Positions 28,401-41,373 of a stretch of DNA of 64,000 nucleotides are shown piece by piece. Where the stretch lies: positions 357,967 to 421,966 of the forward strand of contig NMRA01000263.1 in assembly GCA_002633005.1 (NCBI GenBank), in the 5' to 3' direction. Both the position numbers and the translations under genes were made by a program. The stretch comes from Phoronis australis (lineage: Eukaryota > Animalia > Phoronida). Position 1 is the stretch's first letter. Each line of letters opens with the position of its first letter. The notes below the pieces were generated by a model. That model did not search any database, was not told the DNA's origin, and worked only from the letters and a program-made list of their open reading frames with translations.

Positions 28401-31400
28401 ACATTAATACTAGTTTAAGAATTAAAATATTAAATTTTTTATTATCGAAATCATGGAATTATAAATCTCAAATTTCCAGCGATTTTCAGTGATGTAAGTG
28501 GTCATCCAAAGATGGTGCCACTTCACGGTACTACCTCTTGGTTTTTGTTATATTTGACGAAGCTGAAATTTTTTTTTGAGAACTACTGTAGTTCTATTCA
28601 AGTGTTTCTTAGCTTGTTAACTTTCCGCACACCATTAAATTTCTTGGGAGATGGGTTATTTACTTACTGTACTACCCGTGTAATGTTTCCACAATTTCCT
28701 GTCATTTCCACCAGATGGCGTGTAGTAATCTGGAGGTGGATCTTATCACATTCGATATGACTGCAAAGTTACCATTCAAGATCAAGAGGCAGTCTGTTAA
28801 TGAGGTGAGATTATGTTATTGAGGTGATATCATGAGCTGAAGGAAAGCAATTGTCCATTGACACACTTGTAAATAGATATTTTACTTGCTCATTATCTTA
28901 ATTTTGTCCATGTAAATAGGTCTGGTGACTCAAAAAAGGAAACAAACATCAGGTGCTTGTTGGAGATTATTTCATCTCTGTTAATTTTACGTTTGAAAGT
29001 TAAAGTGGTTTCAGATAAGACTTATGCGCAAAATTATGGGTACATATTATTTGTGTTAATATCTTACAGTTATGCTGTTATTGTAAAGGAGCGTTAGATG
29101 ATTGTGTTTGTCTGTTATGGCCATGTCAAGTTGCTCTGGATTTTTGGACCTCTCTTAAATGATGGATCCAAAGTAAAGCCAAATTTGCTTTACTTTATAT
29201 TCAAACACTGTTGGTGTACCAGTTGGAGAAAGAAACATTGATCTTTCACTGTGCTTGACTGAGTCTCATTTGTGCTGCTTAAGAATCTTGAATGTGCAGC
29301 CATGTATGGAATTCTTCAAAAATGAATATTCAATTAATTTACCATTTAAAAAACTAATTTTCTCAAAAATACAATGTAAACAGGCTATAAAAATAGAGCA
29401 ACTCCTGTGGACACACTGTTCAACGAACATTCAATGTTGATTTGTTTGGCCTAATTTTGAATGAGAAGTGCTACTGAAAATAAAATACTGATTTTGTGGT
29501 AATTAAAAGGAAGTAGTTCAGCATTCTCAAGTATTACTTGATGTATAAATGAGAGTCAAACTGACTGTACTTGAATGGCTGCTTATGACTAATGACAAAT
29601 TTGAGTTTCATAAACCATAATGGTTTATGAAACTGTCAATAGTCATAAGATCTTTCATATTGTTAGTTTCCATGTTAAAGGTCAAGGTTACAAGAAGGAA
29701 GCGGTTTGGAAGAAAATAATAAATTAGTTATTTAGTTATTTATGACTTAAAGGTATTGTTCATCAATAATTCCAACCAAGGAAAAACCACCACTGTAGTC
29801 TGTACACTACTGCAATCATAATTGTCTGTAATTACTTTGTGTAATGTTCTGTTGACACAATGTGTTTGTGTTCTGGTAAACACTGCCTTGTTTTGTTTAT
29901 AAGGCGTTGAGGAGAGGTGTATTCTTTGAAATCAACTACTCACCTGCTTTGAAAGACAGCACGTCGAGACGATATACAATTGGAAATGCCTTCAGGTTAA
30001 TGAGTGTCACGAAAGGGAAGGTGAGCTTCAGGGCTTTGTGGTACATGTGNNNNNNNNNNNNNNNNNNNNNNNNNNNNNNNNNNNNNNNNNNNNNNNNNNN
30101 NNNNNNNNNNNNNNNNNNNNNNNNNNNNNNNNNNNNNNNNNNNNNNNNNNNNNNNNNNNNNNNNNNNNNNNNNNNNNNNNNNNNNNNNNNNNNNNNNNNN
30201 NNNNNNNNNNNNNNNNNNNNNNGAGGTGGTGAGGAGGGGCTTGTGAGTTTAGCGAAGTCGTGCAACATAATACTAGTGTACAGGGATATTCCTGACAAGG
30301 TGTAAACCTTTGCCCTTTCGGCACACCTGATGATGAAAAGTGTGCCTTTTTTCAAAAAGTTGTGCACAGCAGACTTATTGTTAATTAAAGTGGTAACACT
30401 TGAAACAGAAACCCCAAGGGCTTTTGAAAAAGGAACAGTCATCATTTGACATGTACAAGTTGTATTTTTATTGAAATTACAAAAACCGCTTAAAGGATGA
30501 TTGTGAAAATTGGCATGTATGTTCTTACTATGAAGTGGACGGCTGACGGTGATTTTCCGTAGATTTGCACTACTGTGGCGCCTTCTAGTGGCAGTTTTGT
30601 TTTTTTGCGCTTATGGCTATATCTCCTAAACCTTTTGAGGGATCATTACTAAATTTAGGAAGTGTATTTGTATGACATTGACAACAGATGACGACGTTCG
30701 GACGGATTTGGCTACCGGTGTGCCCCCTAGTGGCAATTTTATTTTTTTACGTTTACCTCTGTATCTTCAAAAGTCCTCAAAGGATTTTCATAAAATTCAA
30801 TATGTAGGCACATATTAGTGAGATGACGTTGTTCTCCCGTTTTCGGATGGACGCGACATAGGTTGCGCCACCTAGTGGCCATTTTTGCTGTTTTCAAATC
30901 TTGGTTTTGGCGTCCACCCCTCTAGCAACCAAATCATTTTAGGGATGGATTTGAAAATTGGCGTATTTATGTTCTCAGTGTGAAGAGGACGTTTGATGAT
31001 GGCGACTGACTACTGTGGCGTCTCCTAGTGGTAGTTTTGATTTGTTTTGCGCCCATAGTTATATCTCCTATACCCACTGAAGGAACTTATTAAATTTAGT
31101 AGGAGTATTTTTATGAAGATAACAACAGATTTCAACGACTTTCAGGCGGATCCAACAGACACTGTGCCCCACTTAAGTGGCAATTTCATTTTATTCTGTT
31201 TTCCTTTGTTTTTCTGAAGTTCCTTGACACATTTTTATGAAATATGGCATGTTCCAGTTTTTTGATGGATTATACGTTTTTGCACCATCTAGTGGCCATT
31301 GTTATGATACAAATAAATAACCCTAAAAGCACACCATTTGCGATGCATTTGTGGGCGCATTTCAACGCTCTGCGTTGCTGTTGTAGTTTTTTTACGTTTA

Positions 31401-34361
31401 CGTCTGTATCTTCAAAGGTCCTCAACAGATTTTCATAAAATTTTGAATATAGCCATCTATGGGTGAGATGACGTTATCCTCTTGTTTTTAGATGGAATCG
31501 AGGTATTTTACGCCACCTAGTGACCATTTTTGCTGTTTTCAAATCTTGGTTTTGGCGTCCACCCCTCTATCAACCAAATCCTTTTTGGGATGGATTTGAA
31601 AATTGGCGTATTTATGTTCTCAGTGTGAAGAGGACGTTTGATGATGGCGACTGACTACTGTGGCATCTCCTAGTGGTAGTTTTGATTTGTTTTGCACCCA
31701 TAGTTATATCTCCTATACCCACTGAAGGAACTTTATTAAATTTAGTAAGTGTATTTTTATGAAGATAACAACAGATGACAACCTTCAGGCGGATCCAACG
31801 GACGCTGTGCCCACAAGTGGCAATTTCATTTGATTCTGTTTTTCTTTTTTCTCTGAAGTTCCTTGATGGATTTTATGAAATATGGCATGTTCCTGTTTTT
31901 TGGATGGATTGTACGTTTTGTGCCCTCTAATGGCCATTTTTATGATAAAATAAATAACCCTATAAGCACAACATTTGCGATGCATTCGTGGGCGCATTTC
32001 AACGCTCCACGTTGCTCTTGTTTTGCTTGTGTGGTACATAGGTAAAATTTGAGTAAAATGTCAATATTTTCTCAATGTTTGATCTTTAAGGGATTTGCTG
32101 TTGAAATACAAGTTTTTTACTTGTAAACAGAAACATTGTCCGTCTTGTCTTACATAACCTTGCTACTTTATGTACACCAGGAATGTTTAAAATTGAAAAT
32201 GATTAGGAATCTGTTCCAGAGTGTTGAATTGAGGGTAGTTATTAGAATAAACTACTAATTAACTGTGTATGTATTACTGTAAAATTACAATAAAGGAAGA
32301 CGTGAAGCAAATGTTCATTCTTCAGAAAAAATAGTGCTGTCTAGCATTCAAGCACACCTAGCTCTTTGCCATGTGTGTTGAATGAAAAGTGATGAAGTTC
32401 CCTCTCCAGTGTCTACCAATGGCAAAATACTGTCTCCAGTGGCTACCAGTGGTAAAATACCTTCTCCAGTGTCGACCAGTTATACTAGAACACCCATCAT
32501 TTCCACTGCAAAAAACCAAATTGGCTCGTTACAAGTATCACTTAAAAGACTTGTGCTATTGAATGCACCACAGATATTCTGTAAAACAAGACATATCTGC
32601 TGCGTGTAACTATAAAGTCTGATTTGAATTTATCAATACCTGATACTTATCCTTTCCTTAATGCCTGCTTTCACACCCAGATGAATTTTGATTCACAACA
32701 CTCTGTGCATTATTTTTGTTCGTCTCATTTAGTGATTTGTACAAAGTGTTTCATCTTAATGATTTCAGAATGTAATAATATCCAGCCAAGCTGAAAGTGC
32801 CATAGAACTACGTGGACCCCTGGATGCTGCTAACCTGTATCTTTGTGCAAACTGTTGGATCTTTAAATCTGTTACTACTGAGTATTGGCACAGTATTGCG
32901 AATGTGACACTACATTTTGTATGAGAGGAGGATGTTGGAGCTGATATTAAGTTGAACTTTGTTTAGTTCCCTTGTAGTGTAGTGACCAGCTTCATAAAAC
33001 TCTTTAATGAAATGATATAAAACTCATTACGCTCGTCTTAGCTAAGACTGGGCACATGTCAAATGAACTACATTAGTTCACGTGATCTGGCCTACAGGTG
33101 GCGTGCGATTATATTACATTGCTAGAGTCAGGCAACAATCAAAGTCACTTGTGGCATTTAGTTGTATTTAACAGCAGGTAAGCAACACTGTGATTGATAA
33201 TCTAGTATGCTCTTGGTTACTTCCTTAACACTGCTTATAGTGGCAATTTGTTTGGAATGAAGGAAGCCCAGTGTAAAGCCTCAGTAACCTGCCACTGTAG
33301 GGCGCTGCTGATGCGAGCAAGTGAGTGGGAAGACTCTCGAATTTAACCAATATCAACGTGCACACTCCGTGTGCCTAGGATGCCATACTTGAGTCAATGT
33401 AACGATTAAAGTTATGAAGAACTGTTGAGGGAATTCAGTTGAAAATATAGAGAAAACATTAAAAGAATCTTTGAATTGGGACAAAATTACAATTATTACA
33501 GACAAAAGTTCAAGCACTTCAAAACATTTTAATTACAAATGTATACTTTTATACTCAGTACTAATTGTAAGTTTCTTGGTTTTCTGTTGATGTCAAAAAC
33601 AGGATCACTGCATGACTAAAGATTGAGAAGACTGACATGGAAAACAAAAAATCAGATAATGTGTTCGCAAGTGTTTTACACAACCTATTTTGGCTTGCCT
33701 CAGTAACGAGATTTTGCTGCGTGGAGTTTGGCTCACCTGCATGGAATTTGGAAAAGAATACGAGTTGAAAATCATGGGAAATTGATCATTTGTGTAACAA
33801 CTTTAGTTTGCACATTTGAATGTTTGGCACCAGTTCAGTGTGTTGGTTCTTAGGCTTTAGGTAGCATGAACGCAGATTTTAGAACAATATGTAATTGTCA
33901 TTGAGTCAATTTCTGCAGTGCAGAAACATTGTTTAAAAATATTGACAGAACAGAATTGCAGCTAAATTTTGTTGAGAAGAGGTTTTGTTGTTTTTTAAAG
34001 ACTGATGTTGCATGACTCTGAACAGTAACATTTTTCTTAGATTTTATGATCATTGACAAAATCACGATTAGGGGGAAGGACCCTGAAAAGTATGTCGACT
34101 TTTTTCTCGTATTGTTCTTTCCATTCTTCAAAATACTTCTCACACTGTTTACGATGAACTTGCAGGATTGTATCACTATAATTTTCAGATGCCAGAAAAC
34201 TTCGTGCATCAAAAGGTGCGATATGTGTGGAGCCCATAAGTACAAATGACTCGACCAATCACAAGGATGTGGCACAAGACAACGTAACAAAGGAACAGCA
34301 AGTTGATAACTCAGGAGAGGAACCGGCAACTAAAAGGCCAAAGTTATCTAACAACAGCTAA
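16490..34361 (+). CDS. RPP30: Ribonuclease P/MRP protein subunit p30, about 291 aa
   Basis: Exons 16490-16574 (MSEPMDLNV...), 18800-18873 (LGFGHVALS), 19978-20031, 21338-21406 (CHSRITVNLADP), 21790-21855 (YDIVAVAPASEKLF), 22538-22627 (ACSNLEVDLITFDMTAKLPF), 23729-23845 (RGVFFEINYSPALKDSTSRRYTI), 32769-32836 (NVIISSQAESAIELRGPLDAANL), 33241-33320 (GNLFGMKEAQCKASV), 34189-34361 (ends PATKRPKLSNNS*). Total 876 nt, phases consistent and collinear with human RPP30. AATAAA signals near 34945 and 34973. Confidence 0.95.
16724..17365. repeat. Composite repeat in RPP30 intron 1: about 75-bp inverted repeats, a 24-bp minisatellite and tRNA-like A/B boxes
   Basis: 16724-16800 is an inverted copy of 17104-17177. 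GTACAGGCATAATGTAAGGTACAT occurs about 6 times at 16912-17054. GGTTCGATTC B boxes near 16821 and 17208; TAGCTGAATGG A-box-like motif near 17165. Confidence 0.7.
20776..20998. mobile_element. Short MITE, also present at about 25956-26182 in the duplicated block
   Basis: CAGTGGCAGATCTA ... TAGATCTG(T/C)CTCTG termini. The second copy is flanked by an AATAG/AATAG 5-bp direct repeat. Confidence 0.65.
23406..23480. repeat. 75-bp near-perfect palindrome in RPP30 intron 6
   Basis: CTTATGACTA-A-TGACAAATTTGAGTTTCATAAACCAT-A-ATGGTTTATGAAACTCAAATTTGTCA-A-TAGTCATAAG; one internal mismatch pair and a 1-nt centre. Confidence 0.9.
27132..27624. mobile_element. About 490-bp hAT-like MITE, absent from the first copy of the block
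   Basis: CAGGGCTTGGAAT ... ATTCCAAGCCC(AG), flanked by (AG)TACTTG direct repeats; empty site at about 21924-21935. Confidence 0.92.
27907..28386. mobile_element. Second copy of the same hAT-like MITE, absent from the first copy of the block
   Basis: CAGGGCTTGGAAT ... ATTCCAAGCCCTG, flanked by (TG)TCTTAT direct repeats; empty site at about 22205-22220. Confidence 0.92.
30223..32022. mobile_element. Tandem-repeat-containing interspersed element (Helentron/HINE-like by inference) in RPP30 intron 7
   Basis: Diverged subunits of about 145 bp, each with a GCGCC(A/C)CCTAGTGG-like core. There is a higher-order 645-bp duplication (about 30743-31387 vs 31388-32022), each copy ending GCGATGCATT(T/C)GTGGGCGCATTTCAACGCTC..CGTTG. 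Confidence 0.65.
32391..32480. repeat. 30-bp tandem repeat, 3 copies
   Basis: TCTCCAGTG(T/G)C(T/G)ACCA(A/G)TGG(C/T)AAAATAC unit repeated. Confidence 0.8.
32837..33240 (+). other. U12-type (minor spliceosome) GT-AG intron of RPP30
   Basis: 5' site GTATCTTT; branch point TTCCTTAAC at 33221-33229, 11 nt before the intron end; no long polypyrimidine tract; phase 2. Confidence 0.88.
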
Positions 34362-35316
34362 CTAGATGAATCTGACTGCTCAGAGCTGCAGTGTGAGACA
34401 GAAGTAATCAATAGGCCATGTACAATGCGAGACAAAAGTAATTCAACAAAATACTGTTTCCTAGTCATGATGGCTCTTTCTGTTAACATCATAAAGTTTT
34501 GGTAATAACTATTGGGGCTGTGAAATTCACTGCTGTGGTGGTAAAATTAGTGGTAAGTAAACGCCCAAAGTCCACCATATCACCTTGAGCACTGAACGTA
34601 AGTTACGGTGCGTAGGCGCTACTATCAAATGCCAAAAGGTGGTTGGCTGCACCTACGTGTGCCTAAACCCCACTACAGCACTGGTGAAATTCTAATAACA
34701 GAATGGCTTTAATAGCCACATTGATAAGTCTGCTGTTATTTCCCTTCATTCTCAGTCACGAGGGAAGACTTCTCTGATGTTGAATTTGACTTCCGTCCGT
34801 CGTCATGACGGAGAATTCCGGGTCACTTTGTCTGAATAGTGAACTTGCTTGTGCTTGTCTGTATCCTTATTTCTTGTCTTTTCTAGCAAAAAATGAAAAT
34901 TTGGGAGTGTGTCTCCACATGACTGGGTTGATAAAGTAGGTCAAATAAAACGGCATTGTAATATCATGCTTCAATAAAACCATTGCCAAGAATCAACCAA
35001 CCATTTCAAGTCTTATGGTTGGCAGGGAAAGTGATTTGAATGTTGTGAATAGGTGATGTTACGGTCGATATGATTATGGACTAGAAGTGTCTCATTAATG
35101 TGGATGCTTAATTGTACTAATTTGTATGTTTACTATTGGTATGAAGTATACATGCTTTCTGAGCACAGCAGACATCATAAATGGATATGAGGGGAGTATC
35201 CTCGCTTGCAGGATAGTCACTGATGCACAGCTAGGCAAAGTTTCCTCAGTATACTTTTTGCAGGACACATCTTGGTCCAGTGTTTGTTCAGGCTATCACC
35301 AAATATCTGGCGTGCA

Positions 35317-35452
35317 TTCAGTAACGCTAGGACCTACGCTAGTACCTAGCTAAAACTTAGCCAAAGTAACGTGATTTCCTTTGAAATACACGGCAATATC
35401 TCACGAAATCTCGCTAAGTCTTGCTTTTTAGCGAGGTCCTAGGGTTACTGAA
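35317..35452. mobile_element. Small MITE-like inverted-repeat element
   Basis: TTCAGTAACGCTAGGACCT(A)CGCTA ... TAGCGAGGTCCTAGGGTTACTGAA inverted arms. Confidence 0.6.
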
Positions 35453-38221
35453 CGGGAGGCAGGTGTAAGATTATGTTAATTAGATCACGAAATTGACAAC
35501 CAGGATGCATTTTAATTTTTCTTTTATCAAATTTTAGTTTTGTTTTTTGTTGTAAATTTAAGTTATAGGGCCGCGGAAGTGTAAAAGTTGTGGTATTGTA
35601 TAAAATTTGTTAATTTCTGAAACAGTAAAATGCCTCTGTAATAGGTTTGGTTGTATCGTCCAGAATGATGTCATTATTATTTTTAATAATATATTTTAGC
35701 TCATGAAAAGAGTAAATTTGAATGGAAAGTCACAGAATAAGTCCGGGATTACTGGGTGTGAACGTCAATATGTGAAGTTTCGCTAGCGTGAAGTTTCGTT
35801 GACTTGTGAAATTGAGCCAATATGTGAAGTTGCCCCTCTATCTGCATGGATGGGCTTATATGTTTAAAACTTGAGTAAAACCACAGATTATGATAAATTT
35901 GAGAAGCAATTTTTTCAGATGTGTGCTCCTACGACATTTCAGGCGGCAATGCAAGTTTGGACACTTGGGTAAAGTGACCAGCAATTCCCAGAAGGCGTTG
36001 ACTGTGACCGGACGTTGAGGTGTATTCAATTGAACATAACTTCTGTAAACTGTTTCTGGTTTTAAAAAAACATCGAATTTTTTCACAGTTGTATGTTCTC
36101 CTCTGTAGCAACGCCTTTCTTTGCCTTTTTTGCCATTTATTCTTGGCGTTGAATAGAAATTGGTACTACTAATGGCCTGGAACTTACCGCGGCCACTATA
36201 CCGCTGCCACTATACCGCCTCTGCTGCGGAAACTAGCCGCTCTGACATCAGCATAGGCGCGTGTATGTGCAACTATCAATATTTCTTTTGAAAAAAACTT
36301 TTCTGATGTTGGCGCATACCAGAGGCGGATCCAGGATTTTTAGTTAGGGTATTAGCCTGGATTTTGCCTGTCAGACATTCACATCCCCAAACAGCCAAAT
36401 GGAATCTGGGAAANAAAGTAACTATGATGTACTTATGAAAAGTTGGGAAGATGCCTTAGATTTCGGTGTGGTTTGTTCATGTATGTCCTGAAGCAGATAC
36501 CGCACAAAAGTACTATTTAGTGTTCACTATTCTTTAGTCTTGAATAAAAGTTATTTTGCAATTTGTTAACCTTTTTGGGGCTTGCACCTCTCAAGAATTG
36601 AAAAATTAATCTGATTTTCTAAAAATTTTGAGGTTGCCTGTTGTCAGTATGGCATCTGTCTGTGGTCGAGGTGTATGTACTAAACGTTCACAAGCTCCCA
36701 TTGTTTAGTGAAATTTTAACAAAGTCTATGTAACTACGGCGGATAGATCTCTGAATTCTTGAACGACTTCCTGAACTGCCGAAATCTGAGACACGTGTCC
36801 CATGCATCACTGGCAGGTGCCAGTATTAGAATGTTGTCATCTCCGTGTGATGTCATCTTTTTCTTCTTAGCTGAGTCTAGGACTTCAAACCTAGTATGTT
36901 AATTGGAGGCAGAATTGACCTTCAAGGGACATCCGTTAAAAAACACCTGAAATGGATGTCATCTCTATCACGGATTTGGAAGACCATGTATCATTGTGAC
37001 AAGTAACTTAGATTTACGAGTCTGGTTTTGGTTTCAATTCATTGTTTTTCCCCAGTCATTGTTTTTTGCACAAAGTGTGGGTGTGATGTGTGGGTGTTAT
37101 TTATTGTTTCCTGAGTGTTAGACATAAACGTTCGGGGATTTGATGGGAAAATGTCCGTATTCCAAGTTGTTCATTCATCGTTTGTTGCTTACGGTAAACA
37201 GGAACGTCGTCAAATAGATCAGCTTAGGTTCAACTAAATTTGCCGTATTCAGTTAACAGTTGGTGTCTACCCGTTCAGCGACAACTGAAAGGACACCTGC
37301 ATGTGGAGATGGATATGAAGCCGGCAAACTAATTTTGGAAGGGCTGGCTTTATTGAAATCTGATAATTTCATATATTTCTTTTTAGTTGGTTGTACACTG
37401 AATGGTCTCGGACAGTGCTCGAGAATATGAAATTATTTTCTGCCAAGATTAAGAGATCTGCTTTGTGCTCTTGGCTGACAAGGAGCATTTCCTCGACAGT
37501 ACTTATTCGCATATTTCCCGTTAAGCTTCCTATTACGAGTGGACACTTCACAAAATGTACTTCGTGGCTACTTCCTGAGATTTTGACTGTTTTTCAACAT
37601 CTTTTGACTGAACGAAAAATAATACCCTTTACCCTCAGAAAGACTTCGTGCACGAATGCGTTCTTGATATGGATCGTATGTAACACCCTTATGTTGTGCA
37701 CACATGCAGGCTGTCAAGTTATTACTTAAAACATTCGAATCTCGTTTCAATAAACGATGCCAGTTCGACAGCTCTATGACACTGACTAGACACGAGGATT
37801 CACCTTACAATTTAAAGCTTATGCATGGATGACTCTTGACTATATCCCGAAGTATTTGTAGCCTACACGCTGGTTAGAGTGAATTGCCCCTTGGCCTTCT
37901 GTAGGCGGTTTAATAACAGTGTTTCATTGTTTGTCACACCTTTGCATTCCGAGATCGACACTAACTGGTCGTGTACTTGACTGTTAAATATATTTTATTT
38001 CGTATTTACTAAAACTACAGCCCTGGGTTCATATTAAAAATACATCAAACGTGACCAACTTAGCTCGTATGTTTGTCGAAAGTCCAGTCCTCCTCCTCCT
38101 CAAGTGCCCTACCGGTAACTGTGAACATTGCTAGCCCCTCCGGCTTTCTGAAGTTGCGATAAATTAATTAAGTAATGTTAGCAGTCTCTTAGTTTAGATG
38201 TTGTGTATGATTAAAAACGGT

Positions 38222-38820
38222 ATGAGTAGAATAGAGTAGAATAGACTTTATTGCAGACTCTTCATAAAGTATACAGATGTACAGATCCGTAATACAATAA
38301 TGAAATATGCTAATTAAGATTATGTAATCCAACAGCTAAAATGTGGACTGTAAAAAGCAGTTAAACAACTACCAACTGAGAAAAACTTAACACTAGATTT
38401 TATGAATATAGTATACAATGAATGAAAACCATGCAGAACAAACAAACGCAAGCGGGTATTTGAAACTTTGCGTACTAGTATCATGAATTGCAACAATGCC
38501 AGAATCCGGAAGACGTCGTAGGAAACGAAAAATAAGTTTCCGCAATGTAGCTTTGCATTATTGAAAGCTGCAAATGAACCAAATCAAAGATGTGCTCTCA
38601 CATTTTGAGAAACCAAGAAACCGCTTAAGTACATTATGGTCAGATACATGGAACTTCAAATTTGCAGCAATTTTACAACATTAGAAGATTGAAGTTCACA
38701 TGTTATATGTATTGACACTGACTATACCAATGCTTTACACAGATCCGGCTGCTTTACCATGAATACAGAAATAAACACAAGAGTAATCCTAAATCGCTGT
38801 ATTGTATATCAATGCAACTT
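38222..38820 (-). mobile_element. Degenerate 3' end of a non-LTR retrotransposon
   Basis: On the minus strand, AATAAA is followed by a (CTATT/CTACT)n-like tail. Upstream are interrupted RT C-terminal-like peptides (HNVLKRFLGFSKCESTS). Confidence 0.4.
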
Positions 38821-41373
38821 TTTGATACATGAAATGACGTTTTTGAATAAGATGGGAATAAGCACGACGCAATCAAACCCTGCCGTGAAAACCGCAACCG
38901 AAACTTATTTCACCCATATAATATACTGATAAAACCGCGTGGCCAAGGTATAAAGTGCACATTTACATGTATATCTCTCAAATGATCATACACAGGTTTC
39001 TTGGCTGTGCATTCAGGCCACCATGCAGTCGAGTGGCGCATGTGCCAGTCAGCGTCCATTTTTCCTTTTCACATTTTTTCATTATTATTGGAGTGGGGGA
39101 GGGTGAAAAAAGTGTCCGCCTCAGAGAAACAAAAAGTTCGAGAAAACGAGACAAAAGTCCATTAAAAAGGCGCAGACGCACAGTTCACAGACCTGAAGGT
39201 GACACCTCCTTTTTTAGTCCTCCCGCTTTTTTGTTAGCAAAAGGTCCACTTTGTCAGCCAGATTCGAGCCCCCCATATTAAAGGCTGGGTGGAAGCATGC
39301 TAAGTTAAGGTCTTATTTTGTTGAGGTTGGCCTTGGGAGGGCCTAATTTTGTAGATGTACCTCCCAGGTAACCGAAATGCGCGATGTTTGGTGACGTGAT
39401 CATGTGTGAACGACTGCGCACGCGATCCCTAAACAAAACTTACAAGAGATCTAATGAAAATAACTTGACCATCTATCTGTCTTCACAACGCTCATCACGA
39501 AAGAAACAGTTTTAAACATACAGGTATCCAAACTTATGACTGATATGACTTTGAGCTGTCCACCACTCGCGGTATTCATATTCAGTTGACGAACAAGGCA
39601 AACCTTGAACATATATAGAGTCGCGTGCCAAAGCGGCCCAACGTACAGCTCTACACAAGGTGTGCCTGTCCGGTGTCCTCGCAACGACTGTGTCCAGTTT
39701 TACTGTTGAAACAATTACTTTTTAATTGGTTGTATCTGGGTTGCGTATAGTTTGGGATGTGATAAGCCATCTGTTGTAGACACTTGTGACTTATTTAGGA
39801 TTTTAAAACCACATATTAATCACTTGAGACTCATGACCTCACCTTTTTTCCTAACGGGTAAATACCGGGTGTAAAATTGAACGATTCAGTGTTGTATTGT
39901 ATCAACACGTGTTGTTTACAGATGCTCAAATTTCCCATATGGATAGTGAAAATAAGAAGTCAGTAATTGTTCCTTCTCAACGGGGAAAATTACCTAAAGC
40001 TGACACAAAATCGCCCGGCGTTGTTGTGCGCCTACCGGGGAGTGTGTTTTCAGAGGCACATCTCGGATATGGTAGAGGTGATGCCCAGGAGTTGCTCATC
40101 TAAGTTGTTGATGGGGTGAGCAAGCTTTCAGTCGTGCTGGAGTGCCATTTTAAACAGGAGGAGAGAATGACGTGAATTTTTGCATGTAGATTCTTTGAGT
40201 ATACCCTTTCAAATGAACTGTAACAATTTTTTTCTCAAACTTACCGTTTTCGAGATATTTGACTGTGAATTTCTTAAAAAAACGCAAAATATCATTTTTT
40301 TCGAAAAAATAGCGGAATTGTGTGATACTACCCAATTGGATAAAGGTTTGAACGGGCTTTCAGAAGATGTGTTTCATTTTTCGCTAGGACGTCTACTTTT
40401 CGAGTTATTTGAGATTTTCTGATAACGCTGTACCTTGGTTGGGCGCTCTCGCTGCATTGATGTTGGTTTAGATTCTATTGTACTAGACTGTAGCCTATTT
40501 CTTATTGATTTATGACATCTAAGTTCATCATATGAATTTAGTGATGTGGTTCATCATCTCCACTACCATCATCATATTTGTCGTCGTCGTCTTCCTCCCC
40601 ATCGTCCTGTTTTCGCGTAATTTCGCCAAGTATCGCTCCTCCGAGCGCTCTCGTCTAAGTTGTTGATGGGGTGAGCAGGCTAAGAAATTAAGATGTCAAC
40701 TCTTTTAGATAGTTATATCTATAAAAAAACACGTAATTTTTACAGAGTAATTGTTTAAAAATCACCCTTTTGTTGAACTATTCCGCCACACATTCCTTTC
40801 ATAGAGGTCTTAAACTATTGATATTATTGATATTATTGATATTATTGCTTATTGAAAGTGAATCAACACCTCTTTGGATTTTTTCTTTTTATCACAACAA
40901 TCCTCGATACGTTTTGAAGAGTTGCAATAATGGACTCTTATAGTGTTTCAACCCAGAAGAAGAGAACCAGACCGCAGTCATCCATCTTGCTTGCAATTGC
41001 TATGTATGCCACTCACCTACGTAGGTATGTCCGGGTGTAAAAGCCGCGGATTGCAGAACAAATGAAAACTAAACAATGAGAAGTTTTAAATGTACATGAG
41101 TAGACCGGGTGATAAAGTCTTGTTTTATATGAAATCAACACATTTCGTGTCGTAACCGATAACTGCAAATTTTCACACTGAACAAAAGTGCTTTGCTGAT
41201 TGACAGCTTTTACAAATGTCTAAAATTAACGGAAAAACGCGCTAAGGTTAGAACTTGTTTTAAACCCACGAATTTAATTGCATTAAAGTTACTTGACAGA
41301 ATTCGTCGCAGATTGGTATTTTAAATGTCAAAAATCAAAATTATGTAGACTTTCAGCTCGCAGTACATACTTT

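Larger units (their letters stand above)
24600..30049 (+). other. RPP30: Second copy of RPP30 exons 3-7 region (about 19420-23874); probable uncollapsed haplotype
   Basis: Exons at 25154-25207, 26536-26604, 26988-27053, 28715-28804 and 29904-30020. Introns are highly similar with scattered SNPs and indels. The block is bounded by N gaps, and both copies stop at the same base (GTACATGTG) before a gap. Confidence 0.85.

Noticed and set aside
32382-32609. ORF with PSPVST repeats
   Set aside because: 30-bp intronic tandem repeat with no supporting splice structure.
32650-32680. Second U12-like branch site (TTCCTTAAT...CAG)
   Set aside because: No upstream U12 donor (exon 7 uses GTGAGC), and the protein alignment supports the acceptor at 32768.
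36360-37900. Possible LINE ORF1/endonuclease remnants on the minus strand
   Set aside because: Too degenerate to support by eye; needs a RepeatMasker or TBLASTN check.
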